NCBI RefSeq assembly: GCF_009914755.1
Contig: NC_060936.1
Source of the DNA: the human T2T-CHM13v2.0 reference genome, Homo sapiens
Reading direction: 5' to 3' (one strand)
Length of the DNA stretch: 64,000 nt
Shown: positions 37,400 to 61,464 of the stretch, in pieces
Layout: every line of letters starts with the position of its first letter
How positions within the stretch are numbered: the first letter of the stretch is position 1
Notes under the pieces: model-generated
Databases searched by the model: none
What the model saw: only the letters and a program-made list of their open reading frames with translations
What the model was told of the DNA's origin: nothing
Made by a program: the position numbers and the translations under genes

Positions 37400-37618
37400 G
37401 AGAACCGTGCGACAGTGCGTCTGCCAATACCTGGAATGTAGGTGTTCGTTGCAGTGTGGCCTTCCCAGCCGGCCTCTCAGCACACCCGGCCAGGCAGCCA
37501 GTGTTCCCAGAGGACACGCTGGGGCCAGACGTGGAGGACCCCGGCCACCTCGGGGAGGGAAAGAGACCAAGAAAAGAACCTCTGTAGCCTTGCTTCTGAG
37601 AGTGCAGGTTTGTTACAG
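37400..37618 (+). other. Candidate third alternative first exon
   Basis: GC/CpG-enriched unique segment ending in a strong donor TACAG|gtaagg (GT at 37619-37620); 5' boundary unknown. Confidence 0.4.
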
Positions 37619-37945
37619 GTAAGGATCAGGAAGGTAAACATAGGGCAGTGAAGCAGGGTTGTGTCCTCTGCGGCCCTGAATTAGAATAAGCCTCACAGGT
37701 CTCACCCAGGAACGGAAATCTCCCCTCCAGGTTCTGAACCAGCATTCAGGGGCCCCACCCAGGGCTTCTGTCAACATAAGCATAAAACTTATGGTTTACC
37801 TTTCCATAAACCCCAAAGTTGGGCTTCTTGTATAGAGTACAATTTCTGTAGGAAGAGCTGAAAGCAGAAGGGATCTAACCTGTGATAATACTCGATCGCT
37901 GCTGCTTGAAAGTAAGACTTAGCTATACACTGAACAATCAAGTAA

Positions 37946-38324
<379 letters not shown>

Positions 38325-38675
38325 TAATCCTTTGTCTCCGTTTGTTCTCTTTTGCTCCCTGCTCTCCAGGCTCTTGTGGCGGAGGCCCCCGCTCCCTCCG
38401 CTGTAGGGTAGCCTCCTTCTGGGGCTGGCTCCTGAGCACTGTTCTTTCTCCTCTCTCTCATCCTCTCTCATTCTTAGCTTTGCCTGTCGACTGGGCCAAG
38501 TCACAGCCTTTCTGGCCTGTAAGACAACAAAAATCTCACATTTTACTAAATGGAAGGACTAAGTACTCTGTCTTGACTTCAGTGGTTTCCCCGATTTCTG
38601 ATGTTGCTGCTGAAATAGCATTAGCAAGCTTGTTTCTTAAAGAAGCCCTCTCTCCAGTGACAATACTCCCCCCGC

Positions 38676-38735
38676 CACACACACACACATGCACACGCAC
38701 ACACAAACATGCATGCGCGCGCACACACACACACA
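38676..38735. repeat. Alternating purine-pyrimidine (CA/CG)n tract in intron 1
   Basis: cacacac...gcatgcgcgcgcacacacac. Confidence 0.9.
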
Positions 38736-39104
38736 ATTTTAAAGCCCTCGTGTTATATTAAAAAGGTCTGGATGTTTTTAACATACATGGAAATTTCTTC
38801 AGCAGCACAGTGTTACTGGTCTGACGAGGGCGCACAGCCTCCTACCCAAGGACACAGTTCCTGAAGGACCAGGGTGCACATCTGGCCTGCAGTGCCCTGA
38901 GCCACTCTGTCCAAAAGGAAGCCTTGAATCAAAAGCCTCATGAATCCTCTCCTGAGAAATTCCATGTCTGGTCTCTTGCTAGACTCAGCCTTTTCCCCAC
39001 CAAGTCTGCCGCACCTAATTCTGACCTCACCCTGCTTGGTGGCCCGCTTTGCCTGCTTGCACGCACCTCAGGTCTCAGTGTGTCTCAGCAACAGCTTCCC
39101 CTCC

Positions 39105-39342
39105 TAGGGTGGCCAGAGTTAGCAAGCAAGAATGCAAGACAGCCAGTTATGTTTGAATTTCAGATAAATAACAAATATAAGTGTCTTTTAGCATATAATA
39201 TTTTATTTGGGACATATACTAATATTTATTATATATTAGTCTCATGATATTTGGGACATATACTAAAAAATTATTTGCCTTTTATCTGAACTTCAAATGT
39301 GACCGAATGTGTCCTGTATTCTGAATGTGTCTGGCAGTCCTA
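39105..39342. mobile_element. MER53 palindromic hAT MITE
   Basis: Terminal inverted repeats TAGGGTGGCCAGA / TCTGGCAGTCCTA; internal TTTGAATTTCAGATAAA / TTTATCTGAACTTCAAA. Confidence 0.85.
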
Positions 39343-39409
39343 TAATCATTCATTCAGTCAGTCATCAGATATTTGAGCACCTACCATGTATCAAGCACTA
39401 TTCTAGAGA

Positions 39410-39438
39410 GCCCGGATAGCTCAGTCAGTAGAGCATCA
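39410..39438 (+). pseudogene. Tailless retrocopy of the 5' part of tRNA-Lys(UUU)
   Basis: GCCCGGATAGCTCAGTCAGTAGAGCATCA is 28/29 identical to recalled tRNA-Lys-TTT nt 1-29; flanked by a 17-bp duplication. Confidence 0.9.
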
Positions 39439-40187
39439 AGCGCTACTCTAGGTGCTGGGGAAGCCAGCCAAAGTCCCGCCTTCATATCTTACAGTATGTC
39501 TACTTTGTTTTTATATACATGTACACTATATATACTTGAAGATATGTACCTTTTTCTTTTTTTCTTTTTATTATTTTTTTTTGAGACGGAGTCTGACTCT
39601 ATTACTCAGTGCAGTGGCACCATCTCAGCTCACTGCAACTTCTACCTCCTGGGTTCAAGTGATTCTCCAGCCTCAGCCTCCCCAAGTAGCTAGGATTACA
39701 GGCATGTGCCACCATACCTGGCTAATTTTTGTATTTTTAGTAGAGACAAAGTTTCACCATGTTGGCCAGGCTTGTCTTGAACTCCTGACCTCAAGTGATC
39801 TGCCCACCTCAGCCTCCCAAAGTGCTAGGATTACAGGCGTGAGCCACCGCGCCCAGCCCAGATATGTACTTTTTAATGGCAATGTTACCACATTTAATGA
39901 GATTATCTTTTTAAAAAATGTTTTAATTTTTAAATTTTAAAAAATAGGGATGGGATCTTACTTTGTTGCCTAGACTGGTCTCCAAATCCAGGTCTCAAGT
40001 GATCCTCCCACCTTGGCCTCCTAAGGTGGTGGGATTACAGGTGTGAGCCACGGTGCCAGCCAAGATGATCAATACTTCCTTAATATCATCTAAAACATAC
40101 ACTGTGTTTAGTTCTCTATCATCTCAAAGATATCTACATCTTTATACAGTATGTTTGAATTACGATTTAATAAAGATCCACTCATGA

Positions 40188-40493
<306 letters not shown>

Positions 40494-40515
40494 TGAACGA
40501 TTGTGCCCTGCCTGA

Positions 40516-40710
<195 letters not shown>

Positions 40711-41202
40711 TAGTAGAGACGGGGTTTCTCCATGTTGGTCAGGCTGGTCTCAAACTCCCGACCTCTGGTGAACTACCCGCCTTGGCCTCCCAAAGTGCTA
40801 GGATTACAGGCGTGAGCCATCGTCCCCTGCCGGATATGTTTCTTATGTCTCTTTTAAGCTGTAGCAGTTCTCTGTCTTCACCTTTTTTTGGCGCCATTTA
40901 TTTGTTGAAGAAACCGGCCATTTGTCTTGCAGAACTTACCACATACTGAATTTGGATAGCTGCCTTCTTGTGGTCATTAGTTTATTTCTCTGTCCCCTGT
41001 ATTTCCTGTAAACTGATCATTAGATCCAGAGGCTTGATCAGATTCGGATCCAATGTTTTCGGATCAGGAGACACATAATGGTTGTCTCACCTTTAGTGAG
41101 ACCAAGATTGGTCATTGGGAACAGGGAAGTGGAGCTGGGGTGAGTATAGGGTCACCAGATGTCCAGTACAAGCAGAATGGACAGGGCTGTGCTGCAGGAT
41201 GG

Positions 41203-41340
41203 ATGAGGGGAGGGTGGGATGCCCGGAAAATGCATGGGGGAGGGTGGGATGCCCGGAAAATGCATGGGGGAGGGTGGGATGCCCGGAAAATGCATGGGGG
41301 AGGGTGGGATGCCCGGAAAATGCATGGGGGAGGGTGGGAT
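41203..41340. repeat. 30-bp G-rich minisatellite, about 4.6 copies
   Basis: (GCCCGGAAAATGCATGGGGGAGGGTGGGAT)x4, perfect over 41221-41340, plus a partial copy upstream. Confidence 0.98.
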
Positions 41341-43789
41341 TGGATGGAATTGGGGAGCGGGAAGGGGTAAGTGGAAAAGCAGTAAGGAACATGACCTTCG
41401 AGGAGACACTGACGTGACTCCTTACAGAGCAAACGATTTGCATGTAAGTGAAATGCATGTAAGTGAATGTGAAATTGGAGCAGTGGCGGGAAGAAAGATT
41501 GTCCAAGCCCTGGAATAAGACAGGAATGTGAAGAAACAGCAGAGGAGGAGGAAGGATTGCAGTCATGACCCCCACTTCATGCCATACTCCTCAAGCATTT
41601 GCTTACATCCAGTTATGTGAGGGAGGTTTGCGGGGCTTGGAAGTTGTATAATTGTATCTGTGTAGTTGGTCTGGTGGGTTTTGCAACTTGCCCTTTGCTG
41701 CACTGGGAGGGCCATTTTTGTCCCCTCCAGCATCACCTGATGTTGCAGCATAGCCCGCTGCATCCCTCCCAGGCTCACTTCCATCAGAACGCACCTAGCC
41801 AGGGACCCTTGCTTTCCTGGGGCCTGGCCAAGGAGCAGTTCCTCAGATCAACAGCTTCGCTATCAGCCAATGTGAGCCTCTTCTAAGTAAAGGAGAGGAG
41901 ACAGTGATGGAAAAAGGCAGCATCCAGCAGGCCCTCAGGGGAGATATTTCAGCTCCTACACCTCCTTCCAATAGCAGAACCAGGGGGAAAAGTTAGAGAA
42001 TATCCTTATTCTATCTAACAATGTGGACACCGAGGAACAAAAAGGTGGCGTGACTTGCCCAAGGATGTTGCAGGTTAGAAGCTGAGCCAGCCGTGGCTAT
42101 CCATCCTTCAGACACCCAGGCCAATTTGTCTGTACCACCTCACATTGCCTCAAACCCTGTCTGCAGTTACTGTCCCATTTCTTTATCATTTGGTCCTGGT
42201 ATGACAAGGTACAGTGGAAAGAAAAAGAGGAACATGCCAGCCAGTCCCCTTAATATTACTGCAGCTTCTTTATCATCACAGCAGCTTACATGCCGAAAGA
42301 CCGTCTTAAATTAGGACCAGAAAGGGAAGGGAACATTATTAAGAGCCATATTAAGACAGAGCCTGAGGCCGGGCATGGTAGCTCATGGCTGTAATCTCAG
42401 CACTTTGGGAGGCTGAGGCAGGTGGATCACTTGAGCCCAGGAGTTTCGCACCAGACTGGGCAACATAGCGAGACCTTGTCTCTAAAAGACAAAACAAAAA
42501 AATTAGCCAGGTGTGGTGGCATGTGCCTGTGTTCCCAGCTACTTGAGGGGCTGAGGTGAGAGAATCCCTTGAGCCGGGGAGGTTGAGGCTGTGGTGAGCT
42601 ATGATCTGCACTCCAGCCTGGGCAACAGAGCAAAACTGAGTCTCAAAAAAAAAAAAAAAAAAGAGAGCCTGGGGCCTAGGACAACAGCTGAACTAGAAAA
42701 AAAACATAGCTACCACTTTTGAACCAGGTTCTGTGCAGGAACTTCTCTTGTGTATCTTACACCCTTACAATATCCCTGCAAGATGACTATTATTATTTAC
42801 AATTTGCCTGCAGGAAGTTCATGTTTGGAGAGATGGAGTAACCTGCCACAGGTCACAAAACTAGTCACTGGCATGGCCACAATCTGAATTTGGGACTGTT
42901 AGACTGAGAAGCCCAAGCTAATTCTTGATACGCTCACTGCCTGGGACATTTCACACGGTAGATCTGAGCTTTCTCGCATCTGAGACTAAAAGGAAAATGT
43001 AGTCCTTAACAGACAGCAGAAGGAAACAGATTATTAGCAAAAAGAACTGCTTTCCTAGCAGGAAACCAGAGAAGGAGTTATTTCATGTAAGCTCAAGCAA
43101 AGGAAATTGAAGAAAATCAGTTCTTTATCTATCCTGTTATTCGTATGGAAATAAAGAAGAAATGCTTGCATCCTGTTGTTTTAGTGCTTGTACTGATCTT
43201 TTTCAAACATGCCTGTGATCACATCACTCTCTACTCAAAACTTTGAACAGCTCTCCATTGCCTCCATCAGTGTGTTTCAAATTCGTAAAAAGTAAAATAA
43301 AATAACAGGATGCTTTTTTCAGATGAAATCTTACATGGCATACCAAATATAGCAAGAAAAAAGAAAGACAGAGAGAGAGGAGAGAGAAGCCGGGACAAGC
43401 TAAAGCAGAGGGTAGAGGGAGAAGGAACCGAGGAAGGGAAGGGTCAGGTCCCAGGCATTTCTCTTCCCTGAATTGGCCTCCCTCTTTTGCCACCTCCCCA
43501 GCAAGACCTTTAACTCCACAGTCCACAGCTCATTTTGAAATGTACTGATCAACGTGAGAAAATGCGAAGCTTCAGCCTGATAGTCAAAGACCACCATAAT
43601 CTGGACCCAAGTGCTAGTTCACTTATTTTCCCTCCACTATTTTCAAGCCCTGGCTATTTGCAAACTGCATACGTATGCTGTCCCAGTTCTCTCACCACTC
43701 TTCAAACACATTCTGAATTCACCTATAATCTCCCCTCTGCCCGCCCTGTTGTAGCCCCAATATCCACCCACCTGTCTAACTCCTTCTAG

Positions 43790-44146
<357 letters not shown>

Positions 44147-44420
44147 TGATCTGCCCGCCTTGGCCTCCCAAAGTTTTGGGATTACAGGCGTGAGCCACCG
44201 CACCCGGCAGTTCATTTTCTTTATGTGGAGTTATCTATGGCCATGTCTCTCTTCCCACCCTAGTAAGACTGTGGCTTTTCCCTCTCTACCCTCCAGCACA
44301 AACACAATAGATGTTCAATAAATGTTTCCTGAGTTTTCACCCCTGTCTCTCCTAACCTGCAAAGGGTAAGTGGCCCTGCATAGAAGGGCACAGTGTGGAC
44401 TTTGTTGTTACAGGCCCAAC

Positions 44421-51458
<7,038 letters not shown>

Positions 51459-52326
51459 TTAGAACTTAGTGACAAATCAACAGTGAAAATTTTACCACCC
51501 AGCAACTCAGCCATGCCATCTGCCCACCCCACCTCCCCTCTTCCCCACTCAGGGGCAAAGGCGACTGGTCTCTTATAGGCTACAACACTCACTGGGCCAA
51601 TGCCATTTCACCGTCCTATCTCAAAGTGCTTTATTCTACAATTCTGTATGCAAATACATGACGTAACTCTTTTCTCAGCTTGTAAATTCTTGAAGGCCGT
51701 AAGTTGTGCTGACTGCATCCTTGTTTACCTATAAGCATTCATTGAATGTTTTCCAGTAGACATGGAGAGGAGAGAAGAGGCAGAACTGTACCAGCAACGG
51801 GAGTTAGGTGTTCACTTGATAATGGACTTGGATGATGAATCTCATTGCCCTGAGAGCAGGGATATTTCTTTCTTCAGTGACCAACCCCGAAATGCTTGTC
51901 AAATTATCGAATGTCCTCCTATGCATGTAGGGGCTGGCTCTTAGAGGTATAAAGCATGTCGAGAAAAAAGAATAAAAATAAAAGCATAATGAGCATTCCT
52001 TCAAGTAAAGAGCTAAGCACTCCTTTTTGTGTCTCTTCCCTTGCAAAGGGGAAAGGAGACCCTAATTTTGCAAGACTTCAAAAAGAGTGTGCAGAAGGCC
52101 AATTGTTTCAAGGTGACAATCATTCCTGCATGCACCCCTCCCACATCCCGGCCTCTGCCAGGCAACTTTCAGTCCTTTCTGAAGAATGACCCTCCCCCAG
52201 CACACATACTCCCAGGCAGTTTCCTTCTATTCTGGCCTGGTCTTTTCATTCCAGGCAACTTTGCATACCAATGAGCCAGATGAAGTTCTGGGAAGGGCCT
52301 CTCAGCACCATTTTGTCTTGTTTCAG

Positions 52327-52500
52327 CTGTGGACCCCAAAGTCATTTCCATTGCCAACCGAGTAGCTGAAATTGTTTATTCCTGGCCACCACCACAAGCG
52401 ACCCAGGCAGGAGGCTTCAAGTCCAAAGAGATTTTTGTAACTGAGGGTCTCTCCTTCCAGCTCCAAGGCCACGTGCCTGTAGCTTCAAGTTCTAAGAAAG
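52327..52500 (+). CDS. BCL2L14: BCL2L14 second coding exon (174 nt, phase 1 to 1)
   Basis: tttcag|CTGTGGAC...AAGAAAG|gtaagc; continues the frame as (A)VDPKVISIANRVAEIVYSW...VASSSKK. Confidence 0.97.
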
Positions 52501-53170
52501 GTAAGCTTTCCTTCCCTGGGTGGAGTGTTTGCCAGGCAGGGGCGCAGGAGCATTTGTGTATTTATCCATCCCAGGGCTCGGCAACTTGACAGTCTCCGCT
52601 GCCTGGACTGAGGGCTTGACAGCCACAGGCTGTGGGCAATGAGCTCCAGCTTGAGACACCAGCCCAAGGCAAGGGGGCTGCCCCAGCAGGTTGAAAAAAC
52701 ATTCCCAGCTCTCTGCTAAGTAAGAAAGGAAAGTCTCCTACAGAGGGAGAGGAGGAAACACAAAGCCCGCATTCAGCCTTGTCTGTGGCGGAAAATGCAA
52801 TGTTAGATCTGATCATGTTACCAGTGACCCTGGGCCAATTTGCACCAGGTACAGTTGGAGCGTCAAGCCAGGGATTTATATTATAACATTGCTTTAGGGC
52901 TTTGTGAAAAAGCAGGGGTTGTCAGGCACCAGCTATGGTGCAAGACATGGAGCAGAACTGAGAAGTAGTGACAAGGCTGGGTCAGTTGTCACCCAAACCA
53001 TAGCAATAGCTGAGACTGTAGATCCCATCAGGCTGGTGGTAACTCAAGGCACTGAGGGGAGAGTCAAGGGGAGCAAAGCCAAGTGCCACTGGAAGAGAAG
53101 CTCTGCCCGGCATTCCCCCACCACAGTTCTTGCTCCTGGCTCCCTCCACAAACTACAGTGGAGGTTGTGA

Positions 53171-53809
53171 TGACGCAGCCTCATTGTCTGGGATAAATAC
53201 GTGAGGTTCGTTGTCTCATGCCAAGGGAATCGAGGACATGGACACACACAAGAAGTGAGTTTAGCGGCAGAGGTTTAATAGGCAAAACAAAGAGAAAGGA
53301 GAACAGCTCTCTCTCCTGCGACAGAGAGGGGAACCCAAATGTGACTTCTGGCCTGCGACAGAGTGCACCGGATTTTATAGACAGGTTTGAGGAGGTGGTG
53401 TCTGATTTACATAGGATCCAAAGATCAGTTGAACCAGGTGTGACGTTTACATAGCATGGGGGAAGCTGGCCACCCCACCCTCATCTTATTACGCAAGTGG
53501 GCTTTCCACTTGCCCAGCGCCATGTTGTCTGCTCCCTAGGGCACACGTGGTTGGAAAGGAAAAGGGAAAATGCGGCCGCCATGTTGGACATGCCTAGTCC
53601 CAGGTGGCCTTTTCCTATTGGCACAGCTGCCAACATTCACTGTGCAAGCTTTTAGCTTGCTTGTCTATGTCTGCAGCTCAATTTTACAGGCTACTCTTTG
53701 TTAGAAAAGAAAATGATTTGGGGCTGCTTTTCATTAAAAGGAAAACCTTCCCGAGAACTTCCTTACCCTCACTATCTGCCTAAATCATTTCTTTTTAACT
53801 CCTCTAACA
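53171..53809 (-). mobile_element. LTR9/MER61-group ERV1 solo LTR, antisense in intron 3
   Basis: TG...CA ends with a perfect 4-bp TSD GTGA (53167-53170, 53810-53813); minus strand starts TGTTAGAGGAGTTAAAAAGAAATGATTTAGGCAGATAGTGAGGGTAAGG. Confidence 0.88.
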
Positions 53810-54194
53810 GTGAGGCCAAGGTGGATCTTGGGTTTGCACCTCCCTAAAGAACAAGGTGAAGGTTCTCCCTCCAAAGGTATCCGTGTCTCCCAACCCCGAT
53901 GCAGAGCGGTAGCCACACTAAAGGGGCCACAGCTGCCACAGAGGCTCAGGGGACCGTGTGAAGAGCTGGAGGAGAGGAGGAGGCCTCTGAGTCTGCTAAA
54001 AAAAAACAGTGTGACATTTTATTACTATCCCACATGGGCTTGGGAGATGGAATGCCACCCCTAAACCAAGCTAAAGCTAAGATGACCTCATCCTCTGTGC
54101 ACAGGAGAAATACAGGCAGCTGTGCCAGCAACTTTCTCTAAGAGAGTGTTAACCCAATATATCGAGACAGATCTTACTCAGTGTAGAACTTTTA

Positions 54195-59250
<5,056 letters not shown>

Positions 59251-59629
59251 AATTACCCTATAGTATCAATACTATCACCATCCTAGTTTAGAGATGACAA
59301 ACTGAATCTGAGAGGTTAATTTCCCCAAGATTGCATAGCTAAGTAAGAGGTGGACCCAGGGGTTTGAGCCAAGACAGTGATTCCTAAGCTTCAGATCCTG
59401 TCCCTTACACTACTTCTAGCAAAGGACATCACATTTTTCTGCAATTCCCACTAGACTGTGAGCCCTTTGAGTGAGGACCCGCATCTCAGTCATCCATACT
59501 ACCTGCCCATTATAAGTGCTCAGGAAATATTTGTTAAATGTCAAGTGAACTGACTGTTCCATTTTATACATGTATTTGTGCTGATGAAATGAATTCACCG
59601 AGCAGTACATGCCCATTCTGGTTCTGCAG

Positions 59630-59710
59630 GACACTGCCTTCATCCCCATTCCCTTGGTTGACACCAGCATCCAGGGTTTTCCACAGGATGGTTTGATGGC
59701 CTGCATTTGA
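59630..59710 (+). CDS. BCL2L14: Alternative upstream acceptor giving the short BH3-only isoform BCL-G S (252 aa)
   Basis: ctggttctgcag|GACACTGCC... reads DTAFIPIPLVDTSIQGFPQDGLMACI then TGA (59708-59710); 226+26 = 252 aa, matching the BCL-GS length I recall. Confidence 0.9.
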   Translation, partial: DTAFIPIPLVDTSIQGFPQDGLMACI

Positions 59711-59782
59711 GCTAAAGAATGAACTTCTGTCTGCCTCGTGGAGCCAAGCTACTGTACTGAGTGCTTATTCTTTTGTACACAG

Positions 59783-60049
59783 CTGAAGAAAGATAAGGCT
59801 TTGATGGGCCACTTCCAGGATGGGCTGTCCTACTCTGTTTTCAAGACCATCACAGACCAGGTCCTAATGGGTGTGGACCCCAGGGGAGAATCAGAGGTCA
59901 AAGCTCAGGGCTTTAAGGCTGCCCTTGTAATAGACGTCACGGCCAAGCTCACAGCTATTGACAACCACCCGATGAACAGGGTCCTGGGCTTTGGCACCAA
60001 GTACCTGAAAGAGAACTTCTCGCCATGGATCCAGCAGCACGGTGGATGG
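59783..60049 (+). CDS. BCL2L14: BCL2L14 fourth coding exon, long isoform (BCL-G L), 267 nt, ending in the BH2 motif
   Basis: ttttgtacacag|CTGAAGAAA...GGTGGATGG|gtaagc; LKKDKALMGHFQ...FSPWIQQHGGW; cumulative 315 codons; terminal exon not found in the window. Confidence 0.97.
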
Positions 60050-61464
60050 GTAAGCGTATCCTATTTAAAAACAAATTTTCTCAGAACTCAGAAGAGATGG
60101 GATGGATTTTTTTTTTTTTTTTAAATGAAGGGAACACATCTATGAAGCAGTTCTCATGAGTTTAGGACACTTGAGTGGCCAGAGATAGATCCCATTGATG
60201 GGAACATATTTTTAGTGATTATCTTCATCATCAATAAATATTTACTGAGCTCTCCAAGGGTATGCAGGGTATGTGTGGATGGAGAGGGACTGGTCAGATG
60301 GAACAGGAAATGAGGAGATGCTGAGATAAGAAATGTTTAGATAGACGTAATTTCTGTTTTCACAAATTTTGCAGGCAACGGAAGTCTGGCAGGGAGACAA
60401 GGGCAGGCAGACAGTTCCTCACACTTGCAGATACTTAGAGGTCACGGAGACTAAGCCTCATGCAGAGACTCAGGGTTCATGGCATTTTGTCATTGCTGCT
60501 TTGACCCAGCCATTTTGAGGGTGACATTTTGATACCAAATAAAAAGCCAACAGTTAAACTTTCATCTATTTTCAATTACCTGGTATCAGTCAAAACAGAC
60601 CTCTTTCCCTTTTGCCTCAAACCCTCTCCCATCCCTCATCCCCAGTTCCTCAGGTCTCCTTAAGACTGCCATGTTCAAACAGCTACATAAGGTCCACCGT
60701 GTCAAAATGTACTAGCCCACAACTTTAACTCTCAACAGGCCTAGGCATTCCTAGGCGGACAGACCTTCATCCCACATTATCCTTAGTTCTCTTTCCACTA
60801 GAATGGTCCAGGGGCCAGCAGGAGGATTGAGTCGGCTCTAGGCATGGCTGGAGTGACCCTGGGACCTCCACACAGCCTTGGTCTCTTTGCTGATGGAAGG
60901 AAAGTGCAGCTGATCTTGCCCAAGGGTCTGAAGTGCCCGCCATGGTCTTCAGTGGCTGCCACGGTCTTCAGTTTCTGTACATTGAGTTCCTTTCTATTTT
61001 CCACTTTTGCACCAAGTTTGATAACCCTAAGTGGCTGATCTGAACAACCAAGGCCATTCTTAAGTATTCTAAACTTAAGCTGCCTTAGCTTATTCTAAAA
61101 GGAGGACAGGTTCCTCAACATTATTTTAGTTCTACCTATTCTTCTTTCCAGGATTCCTTCACCCCAACAACCCCCTTGAGCCCTCATCTGCCCCAAAGCC
61201 TCTCCTGACCCTTCCAGCTCAAAGGCTGCACAGTCTCTAATCTCCAGCACTTCATGTTTGCACCATAATAATATACAAAAGATGATCAAATTCCCAATTG
61301 ACTATGTTTCAAGCATTCATTTTAAAAATCATTGTTAGTCCTCTTAATATATTTTCTCAGAGAAATTATAATTATCAATTGGGTTCACAGGCTAGCTCTC
61401 AAAAATCTATTTAACCCACTAATGTAGCTAAAATACCATAAATGTGCTATTAAAAAGCAGTGGT

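Noticed and set aside
39410-39438. Functional tRNA-Lys gene
   Set aside because: Only 29 nt; no anticodon loop, T arm or B box.
41203-41340. CRISPR-like regular repeat
   Set aside because: Head-to-tail identical units with no spacers, in eukaryotic DNA.
41053-41575. Overlapping ORFs with 10-aa repeats
   Set aside because: Produced by the 30-bp VNTR being open in all frames.
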